Position numbers and translations under genes: made by a program. The notes under the pieces are model-generated. The model saw only the letters and a list, made by a program, of their open reading frames with translations, was not told the DNA's origin and searched no databases. A stretch of DNA of 64,000 nucleotides from the human T2T-CHM13v2.0 reference genome, Homo sapiens: NCBI RefSeq assembly GCF_009914755.1, contig NC_060946.1. One strand, 5' to 3'. Positions within the stretch are counted from its first letter, which is position 1; each line of letters starts with the position of its first letter. Below, piece after piece: positions 41,201 through 54,812 of this stretch.

Positions 41201-42032
41201 GACATGCCTCAGAACACATGAATAGCCTGTACTAGATCTTGGGAATGTGGATTTTAGAGTCACTTTGCAATAAGTTCTTACATAAATACCTCCAACCTTT
41301 TGAAAATGGAGCTTGTTAAAGGACGCCTATGTAAGGCCAGTGCCTACTGGCAGTTGGGTTCGGGGAAATGGGATTGACTTGGCCTTTGGTCCTTTGATCA
41401 TAATTTTAAAATATGGGAGTAGAAAACAACAAAGAATGGAATGGACTCTTAAAACAATGAAAGAGCATTTATCATTTGTCTCTTGAATGTAGAATTTGTT
41501 GTTTTAATAATTCTGCTGGTAAATGTGACAGTTAAAATGGTGTATTATGTATACATATTGTAATTTAGAAATTCCATTTTATAATGTTACTATTCCAAGG
41601 TGAAATAATGCATTTAAATTTGATATTTGGGTGGAGTATTACATTTAACTGGAGTTGTTGTCAAGTATGAATCCCTCAGGAAAAAAAAAATCTGTTTTAA
41701 AAAGCAATCTGATTCTTAGCTCTTGAAACTATTGTTACTTAAATTTCCAGTAATTAAAAATTATAAATTTTTAAATTAGACTTGCCAATACTTTGATCTT
41801 TGAGAAGGGTTTCTTAGAAATACATTTAGTAATGTCCCCAAGAATTAGTCTTACATTGAAACTTTTTTCTTTAAAACATGGTATTGGTTGTTCACTTTTA
41901 CACAGTTCTGAGTACTGTTAATATCTGGAAAGTATCTTGAGATAGTGGAAAGCTAAACAGTCTAAATTTAACATGAAATACTTCTTTTTGATTCAGAAAA
42001 TAAAATCAGATTTTTTCAAAGTCAAAGAAAAA
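38272..42032 (+). pseudogene. Full-length ACTR2 (Arp2) processed pseudogene; CDS remnant 38357-39525 plus ~2.5-kb 3'UTR
   Basis: [10 protein letters not shown]..., [48 protein letters not shown], ...[10 protein letters not shown]. Intronless with frameshifts and premature TAG codons. AATAAA at ~41999, A-rich tail, and TSD gaaaagaaagatg (38259-38271) / gaaaacaaagatg (42033-42045). Confidence 0.93.
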
Positions 42033-42517
42033 GAAAACAAAGATGAAGTCTCACCTTCCAATTTGCTTTCTCATTAGTTTTATCCAAAGTAAGTTATTAA
42101 AGCTGTGATTGACATTTTTCTCTTAATGAATCCTCTCAGGACATTGTGTAGCCTGTGGTAAGTACAAAGGGAGAGGAAGACATTTTGAATTTTAAGAATT
42201 CTATTATCAGCATAACTCTCCCGAGTTGAATGTTGTTTTCTTCTTGTTCCATTAAGTCAAAATACAAATCAGCAGAGATACTCAGTTTTCAATATTTTAA
42301 AATGTGATGTTACTTATGAAAAGTATATTAGTTAAGGTTGTGCGTGTATTTTGTATGTACCTCAAGTTCAAGTTAATGGCATTGATTTATGTTCTAAAGA
42401 AAAACAAATAACAAATATTAATAATATCCTTCATTATAACCATAATGAGATAAGAATTGGCATTGGTGTTCAGTGCCATTTTATATTTTCTCCCTATGTT
42501 CTCTGTATTGTACTAAC

Positions 42518-42970
42518 TTTCATGCGCGTCCGTGTGAAGAGACCACCAAACAGGCTTTGTGTGAGCAACATGGCTGTTTATTTCACCTGGGTGCAGACGG
42601 GCTGAGTCCGAAAAGAGAGTCAGCCAAGGGCGATAAGTTTGGGGCCGTTTTATAGGATTTGGGTAGGTAAAGGAAAATTACAGTCAAAGGGGGTTTGTTC
42701 TCTGGCGGGTAGGAGTGGGGGTCGCAAGGTGCTCAGTGGGGGTGCTTTTTGAGCCAGGATGAGCCAGGAAAAGGACTTTCACAAGGTAATGTCATCAGTT
42801 AAGGCAAGGGCCGGCCATTTGCACTTCTTTTGTGGTGGAATGTCATCAGTTAAGGTGGGGCAGGGCATAGTCACTTCTTTTGTGATTCTTCAGTTACTTC
42901 AGGCCTTCTGGGCGTATACGTGCAAGTCACAGGGGATGCGATGGCTTGGCTTGGGCTCAGAGGCCTGACA
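42518..42970 (-). mobile_element. Solo LTR7 (HERV-H) with 5-bp TSD ctaac
   Basis: Reverse complement starts TGTCAGGCCTCTGAGCCCAAGCC and ends ...GACGCGCATGAAA; ctaac at 42513-42517 and 42971-42975. Confidence 0.93.
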
Positions 42971-45225
42971 CTAACCAACCTCCCAAATCATTGAGCTGTT
43001 TGTTAAAAAGAAAAAAAAGGAAAAGGAAAAAGCATGACATTGTGTATCGATTTTTTTGTTGTTGACCAAAATCACACACATGGAAACATGTAATTCAACA
43101 GAGTGGGATAGCGATCAGATTCTTGGCTTAGTATTACTAACGGGCAGGATTTTACAACGAGCAACTATCAGATTATTCCTTTCAGTGATTCTTATGGTAT
43201 CTAAATTACTGAATAAATTATTAATCAGTGAATCAAATTGATTAAAATTATTAAATGAATGCTCAGCATTAGTTGAAAACTGTTGTGTGAAACATGTCTA
43301 CCCAGAAAAGTAACATTCTATAAATACTATTAAACAACTTAGCTATATTATTTTTAGGTATTAAGTTATATGTCAAGCAGTTAAAGTGAATTTCAGAGTA
43401 AAAGTAAGGCATGTTTCTGAGCAACATTGATAATTCCTTAATTTGCAAATTTCTTCTTTCTTACTTGGATGCTTGGAATATAGTGTGAGATTTTTTATTT
43501 CTAAATTTTGTTGTATCTTCTATTACATAACTGCATTGTTTGACAATTATAAAATGCAAGTGTTTTTTGAATGATTTTAAGAATTTGGCTTAAAAACTGA
43601 TTGATACAATGTATTATTTGTACTAAGAAGTAACTTGACCCAAAACACCCTTTATGTTTGCTTAGGGTATTTTTCTTCAATGCCTGAAAGTTAAAGGTAT
43701 TCCTGTCACAACTGTAAACAAACTTACCCTAAATGTGTTAAAACATATTCTTGGGTACTCTATTTGTGTATCTTTCGTGCCTTGAAAATCTGAAGGTTAA
43801 TCCAAACTCACATGTTTTAGCGTATTTGAGAAAAAAAAAACTACTTTTAATATCAGCCTTTTAAATTTCATGAAGATTTTGGTGAGGAATAATAGTATAT
43901 ACTTTATTGACAAAACTTGGAAAGTTTCTTTCTATAAAATGGGAAATACTCAATATCTAAAACCAGGTCAGTCATGGGAGATCAGTATTTATTTAACGTT
44001 GGATGTTTTGTGTTTTATATTTATAATGTTCAAAAATGCAAGCATAACATTTAATCTTTGTCCACATGGTTTTACAAAAGTAAATCTTAAATTACCACGC
44101 TTTTCTCATATGTTCTCATACTTTCTCAAATCACTATAAAGAATTACTTGTTATCTATTAAAAATCCCCTTCACTCAAGTCTGTATTATGGTTTCACCAA
44201 ATATTCTGTGATGTAGCCCAGAAAATCCACACCTTTTGTACTTTTTAATTTGAATAATCATGTGCTTAGTCCCTTGGATTGCTGCCACATCAGTTTAACA
44301 TGAAGCACATTCCCATGTCATCAAGGTGTTGGCTCAGATTTATTCTTAATTGGATGGTTAAAGCATACACTACCTTGTTACAGTTGGTTTAGTGTAGTGG
44401 ATTATTGACATGACACCATGAGAACATGTGGAATTTTATACCACATTTATAAAACATGATTTTGTTTTCTACCCTTCAAGGTAAACATGAAAAGTAAGGT
44501 GGTATCTGTGTACTTGTACATAAATCCAAAATTATAGTTGGGAAAAAAATTTATATATGAAAATGTCAAAAAAATTACTTTGTTGCAAGAAAGAAGGTTA
44601 ATTGATTATTAGGACTTTTGATAAGTTAGCAAATCGGATACTGTTTTCAAATCTTAGATTCAGTATTGGGCTAACAATAGTTCTGTTTTAAGGTTTCTAT
44701 GAGGACTAAATGAGAGAACTTACTAAAAATGCATTCAATATGTGTTTATTATGTCATTATCTCGTTACTCCCTTTTTAGGGTTTATGAATCAAGTCTCAT
44801 AGAAGTTTAAATCACTTGTCAAATGTAACCTATTTCAGAATCACCAAGGACTTAACGCTTTTTATTCTAAAAACTGTTTTGTAAAATGTGGAATAAATGA
44901 CCAGTGCCATTATTCAGTCCAATTTGTTTATTTTACATCAAAGAAATCTGAGTCACAGAAGGCTTACTGTATCAGCCCATGGCCAGGCCATTAGGTTTTG
45001 AGTAGGACGGAAATTGTGATGATACATACTTTCATATTTTGAGATGTATTGATATTGTGAGTACAAAAATGATGATTTGATAACAGCATAGAGTGTGGTA
45101 ATCCAGCAAAATACATTATATTTTGAAATGTGAAGAATATTACTGATTTTGAGTTTGTGTTTTGTTTTAATCTATGAGAAATATTGCATCTCACATTTGA
45201 CATGTTTAAAAATGTACACATATCT

Positions 45226-45375
45226 GGCTGGGTGCGGTGGCTCAGGCCTGTAATCCCAGCACTTTGGGAGGCTGAGGCGGGCAGATCACGAGGTCAGGAG
45301 ATCGAGACCATCCTGACTAACATGGTGAAACCCCGTCTCTACTAAAAGTACAAAAAAAACAAATTAGCTTGGTGT
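45226..45375 (+). mobile_element. Alu left arm, truncated at the start of the right arm
   Basis: Alu consensus stops at aaattagcttggtgt with no tail. Confidence 0.85.
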
Positions 45376-45614
45376 CCTCCGTGCAAAGCCTGTGGTGGGT
45401 CTTGCTCTGGGACTAGTTGAGCAGCATTGCACTCGTGTTGGATGCGGGAGTTTCATGGTTTGTTCTTTCGGTGTGTCTTTGGCCTTCTATTAAGAGTTCC
45501 TTGACTTGAGAATGATTGAGAAGTGTACTTTTCAGTTTCCCAAGTACATATTTTTGGGGGAGAGGACTGTGTTGCATTTGGCCAGAGAATATGTGACCTT
45601 TCGGTTGTTGAGGG

Positions 45615-46385
45615 ACTGGTGTGTACCCCTGAGGGCTCGGTATCCACTTGGAGGTTGGGTGTCCGTGTGGAACCTGATGTACCTGTGGACCTGGTTGCCC
45701 ACATGGGTCCTGGTGTCCACCTGGAGCCTGATGTTTCCCAGGGGCCTGGGTATCCACTGGGGTCCCGATGTTCATCTAGGAGCTGGTGTTCACCTAGGCC
45801 CTGATAGTCACCTGGGGGCTGGGTATGTACCTGAGGTCTCATGTCCACCTGTGCTGTAGGTATCTATGCATGGGCTGTGTGCCAACCTGGTGCCTCATGT
45901 CCTCCTATGGATTAGATACCCAACTAGGGTTTGGTGTTTACCTGGAACCTGATATCCAATGGGGCCCAAATTCTCCACCTGGGGACTGGTGTCTGGATGG
46001 AGTCTTACAGCTACCCTGGGGTGTGGTGTCCTCTTGAGGTGTGGCTGTGAACATGGGGCCTAAAGTCTACTTAGAGTTCAGTGTCTACCTGGAGCCTAAT
46101 GTGACCTGGGGCCCTATGTCAACCTGGGGCTTGGTATTTAGGTCGGGTTCGGGCGACCACCCAGGGATTGATCTCACCTGGGGCCTGATGTTTTCTTAGC
46201 GCCTGGTGTTCACCTGAGGCCTGGGTGTCAACTTAGGACTGGATAGCCAACTGAGGCCTGAGTGTTTCTTGGTGACTGAGGACTTCCTGGGACCCATATT
46301 TCCTGGACCCGGATTTTCACATGGAGCCTCATGTCTGGAGTTCTGAGTTCTAGGTGTTTACTTGGGACCCAGATGTGCACCTTGG
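45615..46385. repeat. Degenerate ~19-20-bp minisatellite (approximate consensus cacctggggcctgatgtc)
   Basis: Recurrent acctgg/gcctg/tgtc motifs at about 19-20 nt spacing over ~770 bp. Confidence 0.75.
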
Positions 46386-47569
46386 CAGAGCCTCCGTAAC
46401 AAAGGCCTAGGGCCACCAGGAGGCTGTGAAAAAGAAGCAGGGCGTCTCTTTTCCCAGACACTTGTGAGTTTGTCAGAGCCTTCAGCGACAGAGCAGGTGC
46501 CCTGGACATAGGAACCCAGGCACCTGGGCACTGACATCACCTCAAGGGCCACTTGTGCCCCAGGCTATAGAGTCTCCTGAGCCACCAGGGGGTGCGCGGA
46601 GTGGGGAGGGCATTTGTTCACGTGCAGCGGCCTCTTGCCACTGCCATCTGTCTCCACAGCTAAGTTGCGGGACCTGTGGGAAGGAGGGGGAGGGCAAAGG
46701 TCATTGTCACACCACCTGGGCCGCAGGTGACAGGCAAGTTCCCACTGAGGCTGCATGGAAGTCCCCACAACCCTGGTGGAGGGTAGGTTCCAAGGTGCAG
46801 CCCCAGCCCTACCCCTAGCCTGGGGTGAACACCTGGGCCTGGGAGGGGCAGCAGTTTATGGTGCTGCTGTGTCCCAAGGTCTCAGGAAGCCTGGGGCTCC
46901 TTGTAGGTGGAGAAATCAAAACGATATGCTTGAGTTTTCAGAATAGCCCAGGGCTTGCCCCAAGTTCTCGAATAAAGGTAGTTACCCCGTTCCAAGACAG
47001 AGCTAATCAGGGCTGAGAGGAATGGAGGCGGGAAGGCACCAGCACGCAGAGGCCCCCAAATCCCCAGCAAGGCCCCCTTACTCAGGCCTCTGCCCCAGAG
47101 CCAGGGTCTCCCAGCCACCTCCGATGTAAGCGCAGGCTCCTGACCCAGCGCAGGCTCCTGCCCTCGCCCTGCAGTCCCACCCCGTCCTCCAGGCCGGCCC
47201 TCCTGCACCATTCTTGCCCCTGACATTTCTTTTCCAAGCAACAACCAGAAATATTCCTTTAAAGTGAAAGCAGATCTTACCATCTCATCTTGTTTCACGC
47301 CACCTCACCCTGGGTTCCCATCATTTCCCAGTAATGCCCAAAGTCCTGGGCCCCTGGCTTGGGCACCTCGAGACCAGTGAGTGTAGGATGCTGGCTGCCC
47401 TCGGCTAGGCTGGCCATGCTCTGCTCAGCCAAGCCCCTGTCCTTCCTGCAGGTGCCAGTCCGTCCCTGCCTGGCCAGCACCCCCGTGCCCACGGGCCCCT
47501 CCCTCCCTCTGGGGTGCCTGACTCCCCTCCCCAACCAGCTTTGCAGCCCTGCCAGAGCCACTACTAACA

Positions 47570-47677
47570 CCCTCCTCCTCCTCTTCCTCCTCCTTCCCAT
47601 TCCTCCTCCTCCTCCCCCACCCCTTTCTCCTCCTCCACCCCCTTCTCTCCCTCCTCCCCCTCTTCCCCCTCCCCCCG
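47570..47677. repeat. Polypyrimidine (CCT/CCC)n low-complexity tract
   Basis: About 105 nt of almost only C and T. Confidence 0.9.
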
Positions 47678-49559
47678 GCTTCCTGGCATTTGGTTTCAGT
47701 GCCGTGTCATTTAGAGTAGCAAGAGTTGCTGCAGCTGTTAAGTCTACTGTGATAAAGTCACCATGGTCTCCCTGGTCCTGGGAGCAGCTCTGTGGGTCAT
47801 TCCTGACTTCATATTCAAAGCCTGATTAAGTCAGTGACCATGGAGAGAGCTCGGCTTCATGGCCAACAACATCCAGAGCCTCCTTGGGGCTTCCCAGAGG
47901 TGCTCAGACCCTCAGGGGCAGCTCTTTGAAGCCTGACTCACAGGAAAGGGCAGGGTCCCCTCAGGTCCCGGGAAGGGGAAAGGCAGAGCAGTGGTCAGTG
48001 AGCCGCATCCCAGAGGCCTCCGCATCAAGGGGCCTCAGCTGCCCTCTTTCCACCTGGCGGCTCAAGGAGCAAGCCCTGGGCCAGGAGCCCCTGCCAGGAG
48101 GCCTTCCCTCCCACCCACTCCTGGGCAGCCCCACATGGGCCAGGGACTCCACACGTGCTGCCAGGGCCCCTGAGGCCCAGGGATAGGAGCTGGCAGGCAG
48201 ATATGCTCTGGCCACCTTGTGCTGACACAGAGATGTGACAGAGGAGGTTGGGATGTCATTGTGTGACTAGGGAACAGGCGGGCAGCACGTGACCCCCTGC
48301 CTGGGACAGGGAGCTCCTGGGCCTCTGGCTTGGGCATATGAAGAGCAGTCATGAAGTCAGCCCCAGGACCTTCATGCCGAGGCTCGGCTACAGCCAGGCA
48401 AAAGCCATCCCCAAGGGGGACCCACTCTCTATGCTAAGGCAGGGGCAGCAGCCAGGGCCCTGCCCAGGGCAGAAACCCTCATGGCAAGGAACAGCAGGCA
48501 GTGGGGACCGGGCCTCCTCCAGGCTCCCACCTCCTCCGTTCTCGGGAGCACTGCTGGGACTGGCTTCGCCATGCACTCAGACGCCTCCGTCCTCCCTGGG
48601 CCTCTCACGGTTAGGCCAGCACCACTCCCCATGGCCTTCATTTGGGGTGGTGGCCTCAGCGTCTCTCCCCAGAGTAGAGCCCATGGCCCTTGTGACAGGA
48701 AGGTAAGTTAGGAAGGCAGATCTCTAAGCAGTTCCCTGCACTAGAGTCTGCGTGACTGGTCACTCCCAGCCAGGCAGGCCATTCTGCAGCGTGGACATCA
48801 GACCGGGGCTTGCAAGCCCAGCTCTATCCTCCTGGCTCAGGCCCCTCTGAAGGCACAGAGCAGCAGAGCTGGGTGGGTGTCTTCATTACACAACCCTGTG
48901 AGGACAGGAGGGAACCCTGCTTACTTCCCAGAGCTGGAGCAGGGCCCCTGCAGACAGCAGCCGCCAGCAGTTAAGAGAGGTGCAGCCTTTGCAGGGCAAG
49001 GGACTCAGGCTCCTAAGGACACAGGTGCCCAAGACCACTTTGGGAAAGGAATTTTTTTCATACCAGAGGCACCTGAGAGGAAAGCCCCATTGTGAAACCA
49101 AGTCCCCACCCAAACCCCTTCTGAGGACACACAGGCCATTGGTTATTCAACTGGCAGCTCAGGAAAGGCTGCAGCCAAGGGCCCAGGTGGCTGTGAGGCC
49201 CACAGGGCCCGCTGGGAACACGGGGGTGCTGGGGCTGGAGCACCCCACCTTCAAAACAGCCAATCGCAAGGCAGGGGCTGGGCTCCCCTGGCCATTCCTC
49301 CCCGGGCAGCTGGCAGCTGGCAGCTGGCAGCTGGCATGCTGAGACAAGGCATGAACATTTCTTTCCTGGAGCTGGAGGCCTCATGTGACTGCCTTTCCTT
49401 CCCCTTCCTCATGTGACTGCCTTTTCCTTCCCCCAGCCACCTGGGGAGGGGCAGAGCAAACACCAAGGCCTGGCAAGCTCCACAGAAGGACTGTCCCAAG
49501 CATCACGTGGGTCAGGCCCAGCTGCTGTCAGGGTGCAGGGGACCCAAATACATAGGGAG

Positions 49560-49750
49560 ACATAGGGAGATCCCATCTTTACAAAAAAACTTGAAAATTA
49601 GCCAGATATAGTGGTGCATGCCTGTAGTCCCAGCTACTTAGGAGGCTGAGATGGGAGGATCACTTGAGCCCGGAAGGTTGAGGCTGCAGTGAACCATGGC
49701 ACCACTGCACTCCAGCCTGGGCAACAGAGCAAAACCCTACTTAAAAAAAA
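49560..49750 (+). mobile_element. Partial Alu (right arm)
   Basis: Alu consensus from aaaattagcc to the A tail. Confidence 0.8.
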
Positions 49751-50107
49751 TGTTTGAAGGAAATCAAGCACTGAGCACAGAGGGGTTAGTCACTTTGTCA
49801 CTTTCCCAGGGTCACACAGCTTTCTAGGTAGGATCTGAGCCCAGGCCATCAAGCACCTGTCCCTTCTCTCAGTCACTGAGCCCAGCTGTCCTCCTGAATT
49901 GTCTTCTCTCATTGGAGTAACGTCCTGACACAATCAGCCTGTTGTGTATTTTAAGTGCTCACCACACCGCAGACCCCTCCGTCCTAAGCCCAACTTTGAC
50001 TCAGTTGCTCCCCTAGGCAGCTGGTGAATCGAAGTGTGGCCTGGGAAGATTGTTAACACTTGTTCATGGTCTCCTGCCATCAACATGTCAAGAGTGGTCT
50101 CTATTTT

Positions 50108-50582
<475 letters not shown>

Positions 50583-53500
50583 CCTTGAATATATTTTCTT
50601 AAGATTATGGTTCAAAGATACAACAAGATCATGAAGGTTTAAATACGGGATATGCCAGAAAAGTGATCTAGGGTCAAGGAAATCTCCTGCCCATTCCCAG
50701 AGGCATCCCAGTCGGCACCTGGACAGACAGCAGGTTTAGCCCCGACGTCACCCCCTGACATTGGAGATGTCAGTGGGGCCTGCCTATTAGCATTATGTTC
50801 TGAAGCTTACTCTAAGCAGATCCATATTAAGCCTGAAGAAAAATGACTGGCACTTCATAAGTGCTATAAAAGTGTTCAAATGTGAAGCATCTGCAGGATT
50901 AAGGCAGACACATAGCAGTGGTTGCCTCCAGAGAGGAAACTTGGTTGGCTACAAGACGCGGAAGGTGGAAGGTCTCTTTGCAGCCTTTATATGAGCAGGA
51001 TGCCTTATAGTTCCTCAAGGGGATCTGCTGTCATCTCCTGTGACCTTCACATGAGCCCCACGAGCAGAGCTGTGACCCACATTTTACAATTGAAAACTGA
51101 AATTTAGAGGGGCTGAGTGACTTTCCCAAAGCCACAACACTGAGGAGGGATGGGCTGGAGCTAGCAATGTAGTTGGTTCCCTGGAGCTGGAGATCCCTGA
51201 AGCAGAGGCCCTCTAGGTCTCACCCTGGGCCCCTGAACCAGGGCTTCCCTCACTCCATTTCCCAAATCCTCTTGTTCCAGGATTGCTTTGGGAAGAGCTG
51301 ATGTCCTGTGGGAGGTGCCTGACCCAGCCTTCCGCCACTGCATTTTAATCCCTGACCCAAAATATGATGCAGCTGATCCCAAACAAAGGCCCCTTGAAGG
51401 ATCAGGGTGTCCAGTCTGTGTCACTCCTCCCCCAGCACCGTCACACAGTGAGCTGCCTCAAGGTGAGGTGTCCAGTGCTCCAGCGACCACCCTGAATAAT
51501 TAGTGACTGCTTGACTCCCAACTGCCTCAGAGCTCACGACAAGTGGAGGAACTGGTTTCTTTCTTAAAGACAGATGTGGCTGCAAGCCAGCCACAACCTT
51601 AAGACAGCATCACAAAACATTAGTTTCACCAAAACTCACAAACTGTTATGAGCAGGGCAGGCGAATTAACTAGGGAGGATGCCTGCTGGGCTGATGCTCG
51701 GGGGGTTTGGTGAGTGAAGCCCACAAGCTCCCAGGGTCTCATGGACTGAAGAGCTAAGCAGCTGTCCGAGCAGCCTGGGCTCAGGCCTGGCTGAGAAGGG
51801 GCAGTGACTGCTCCAGCACAGAGCCTGCACCTTCCTGCTCACATCCTTCCTTACCAAGAATCAGTCTCTACAAACTCCTCCTCCCTCCCCTAGACTTCTG
51901 AAAAGACAGGGGCAGAGTCCATCTCCTCTTACACGGTATGTCGATAGCTGCAGCCTGGAGACCCCCAGCCCAGGATCCTTCCTGAGGACCACCCAGGGCC
52001 TCCTTCCCTCTGTCACCAAATGTGCATTCCACTAACCCAATGGCACTGTTCTTTCTACTCAGAATCAGGTGCTCACATTAGACAATATAAACAGGCCATA
52101 TCTACAGAATGTTAGAGGTGAAACCCTCATGGCCTCCTCTACGTATGGTGGCATCCTCCCAGATTCTGACTAGAATGACGCAGCCCAGCAACAAGTATAA
52201 ACCAGACGGATTTAGGGTTCTGAAAGGCCTTTTCACCCAAAAAACATGGGGGAAAATATGTGGACTCTGGCTGGGGAGAGATTAAAGGAGCCCTGGGGCT
52301 CATACTTCTTATAATTCCCACCAGAAGGCTGACATCCAGGGACTTCCGCTGCAAGAGGCAAATAGTCAGTAAGTTCTGTAAATGGAGATTTAGGTCCCTT
52401 GCAAAGGGGACAGTTTATTTCAAGAGAGGAGACATGGGTTGAATGCTGGTATGTTTTAACTCTGCAGTGCAAACAGTTGCAACAAGTGTGGTGAACTAAT
52501 CACCCAACAGCCCTTTGCTGCCTTGTCATTGTGCCTTAAGTGTAAGTGAATATATTCAATGCCACTGCGTGCACACTTTGGTTAAAAGGTTCAAATTACA
52601 AATATTGTGTTATGTATATTTTCCCACAATGGAAAACACGCACAGCCAAGCCCAGATGCCAGTCTTGCTAGCAGCCTTCCTTTAGCTTCAAGAGTAGGCC
52701 GAGGCTCATCTGATCGCTCCAGGTATCTTGGTAGTTTAGGATCGAAGTCGTCTGCCTTGGAAGAGAAATTAATGGAAAGAGGAGAAAACTTGAGAATCCA
52801 CACTACTCACTCCACAGGGCCAAGAACTCTCCCTCCCGTGCGTTGCTGATCCATCTCAGTATTTCCTGTGACCACCTTCTTTTTCAGCTGAAGACTTTGC
52901 ACCTTAAGGGGTTCCCAGGCTTTTCACCTTGGCTCTTGTCAGGACTGATCCTCTCAGCTACTGTCCATTTCACCTCCATTCATGTCCGTGCCACATCAGG
53001 CTGTGTTGTCCAGATGGAATGAATCCACCCCAAATGTCCCTTTCTGGAGGAAGCCACCATTATGCTCTACCTCCAACACATCCACACACACCGAGGCACC
53101 TCGCTCACACAAGGTGTGTGTCCTCCAACAAAGTTTCACACTGTAAACCCAGATAACTTTTGAAACCCAAGTTCTGTTGATCCCCTACTTCAGGTGCTCC
53201 ACAGATGCTCATTTGTCTACAAAACACTGCCCCAGACAACTAAATAGTCCAACGTGACCAGCAGAATTTTTATGCTAATTCTGATATTGTGTTGAGAGTA
53301 CAAGTGTTTTTCCCCTTAAAATTTCTGACTTTGTTACTGACAAAAGTATGTAACTAATGCTTTTTTTAGCTATGCTGCCAAGCACATTTACATAAAAATA
53401 TACTTTTAGATTGTTTTGACAATTTGACAAAGATGATAGGAACAATGATAATCTTATTTGTTTTATGGTAATCTTTACATGTTACTTTCATCATTTCTTA

Positions 53501-53623
53501 CATGTTGGGGCCTACCATACGTTGTACAGTGAAATTAGTGCTATGCATCATGGTTGGAATATAAATTGGCAAAGGAAATTTAGAAAATAGTTCTCTTATT
53601 TCTTAAAAAAAATTAGACCAGGT

Positions 53624-54221
<598 letters not shown>

Positions 54222-54812
54222 TCATTATGCATTACATGACTGTGTATGAATGCTCAAAGCTACATTACTCATCACAGAAAAAAATAATTAACTGTCCATT
54301 AACTGATAAATGAATAAACACTCTCTGTATGAATAAACACAGCAGACTATGAAGGAAAACACATGACCGGCATGTGCTAAAGTGTTGATTAACTTCAAAC
54401 ATAGTATGCTAAATGAAGGAAGTCAGATTCCAAATATATATATGTGTTCATTTCTATTAAAGAAGGAGGAAATTTATGGAGATGGAATATCATAGCAGTG
54501 TTGCTTAGGGCTAGAGATGGGAGGGGGGATTAACTGCCAGTGGGCAAGAGAGAACTTGCACACAGTATCAATCTAATAAAGCATCAAATTGTATACTTTT
54601 CCAGTGGGTGAACTTTATGATGAGTTCACACCCAATAAAGGGCATATCTCTTGCACCCTGCCCTCTGCGGGTGGACGCCAGTTCCCAGAGGCTATCAGTG
54701 ACTGAAGGTCCTTGTGATTTCCACGTGGTAGCTTCTGTGAAGAGCCCGGTGGGCAGAGGCCCTGGCTGAGTCAACAAGGCTGACAAGGCTCATGGCTGTG
54801 TTCTGGATGCAG

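Larger units (their letters stand above)
37262..45220 (+). pseudogene. ARL5AP4: ARL5A processed pseudogene: GC-rich 5'UTR, disrupted CDS 37583-38119, long 3'UTR interrupted by an ACTR2 retrocopy and LTR7; 3' end uncertain
   Basis: Intronless; encodes [58 protein letters not shown] (ARL5 GTPase) with an early frameshift after the ATG at 37583 and later stops. The extent beyond ~43000 is inferred only from AT-rich UTR-like composition. Confidence 0.85.

Noticed and set aside
45413-46385. Possible CRISPR-like array or coding repeat
   Set aside because: Eukaryotic DNA with degenerate tandem units, no unique spacers and no cas genes; the overlapping ORFs are repeat artefacts.
47359-47829. ORF with a hydrophobic stretch and polyproline
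   Set aside because: Explained by the C/T low-complexity tract; non-ATG start and no homology recognised.
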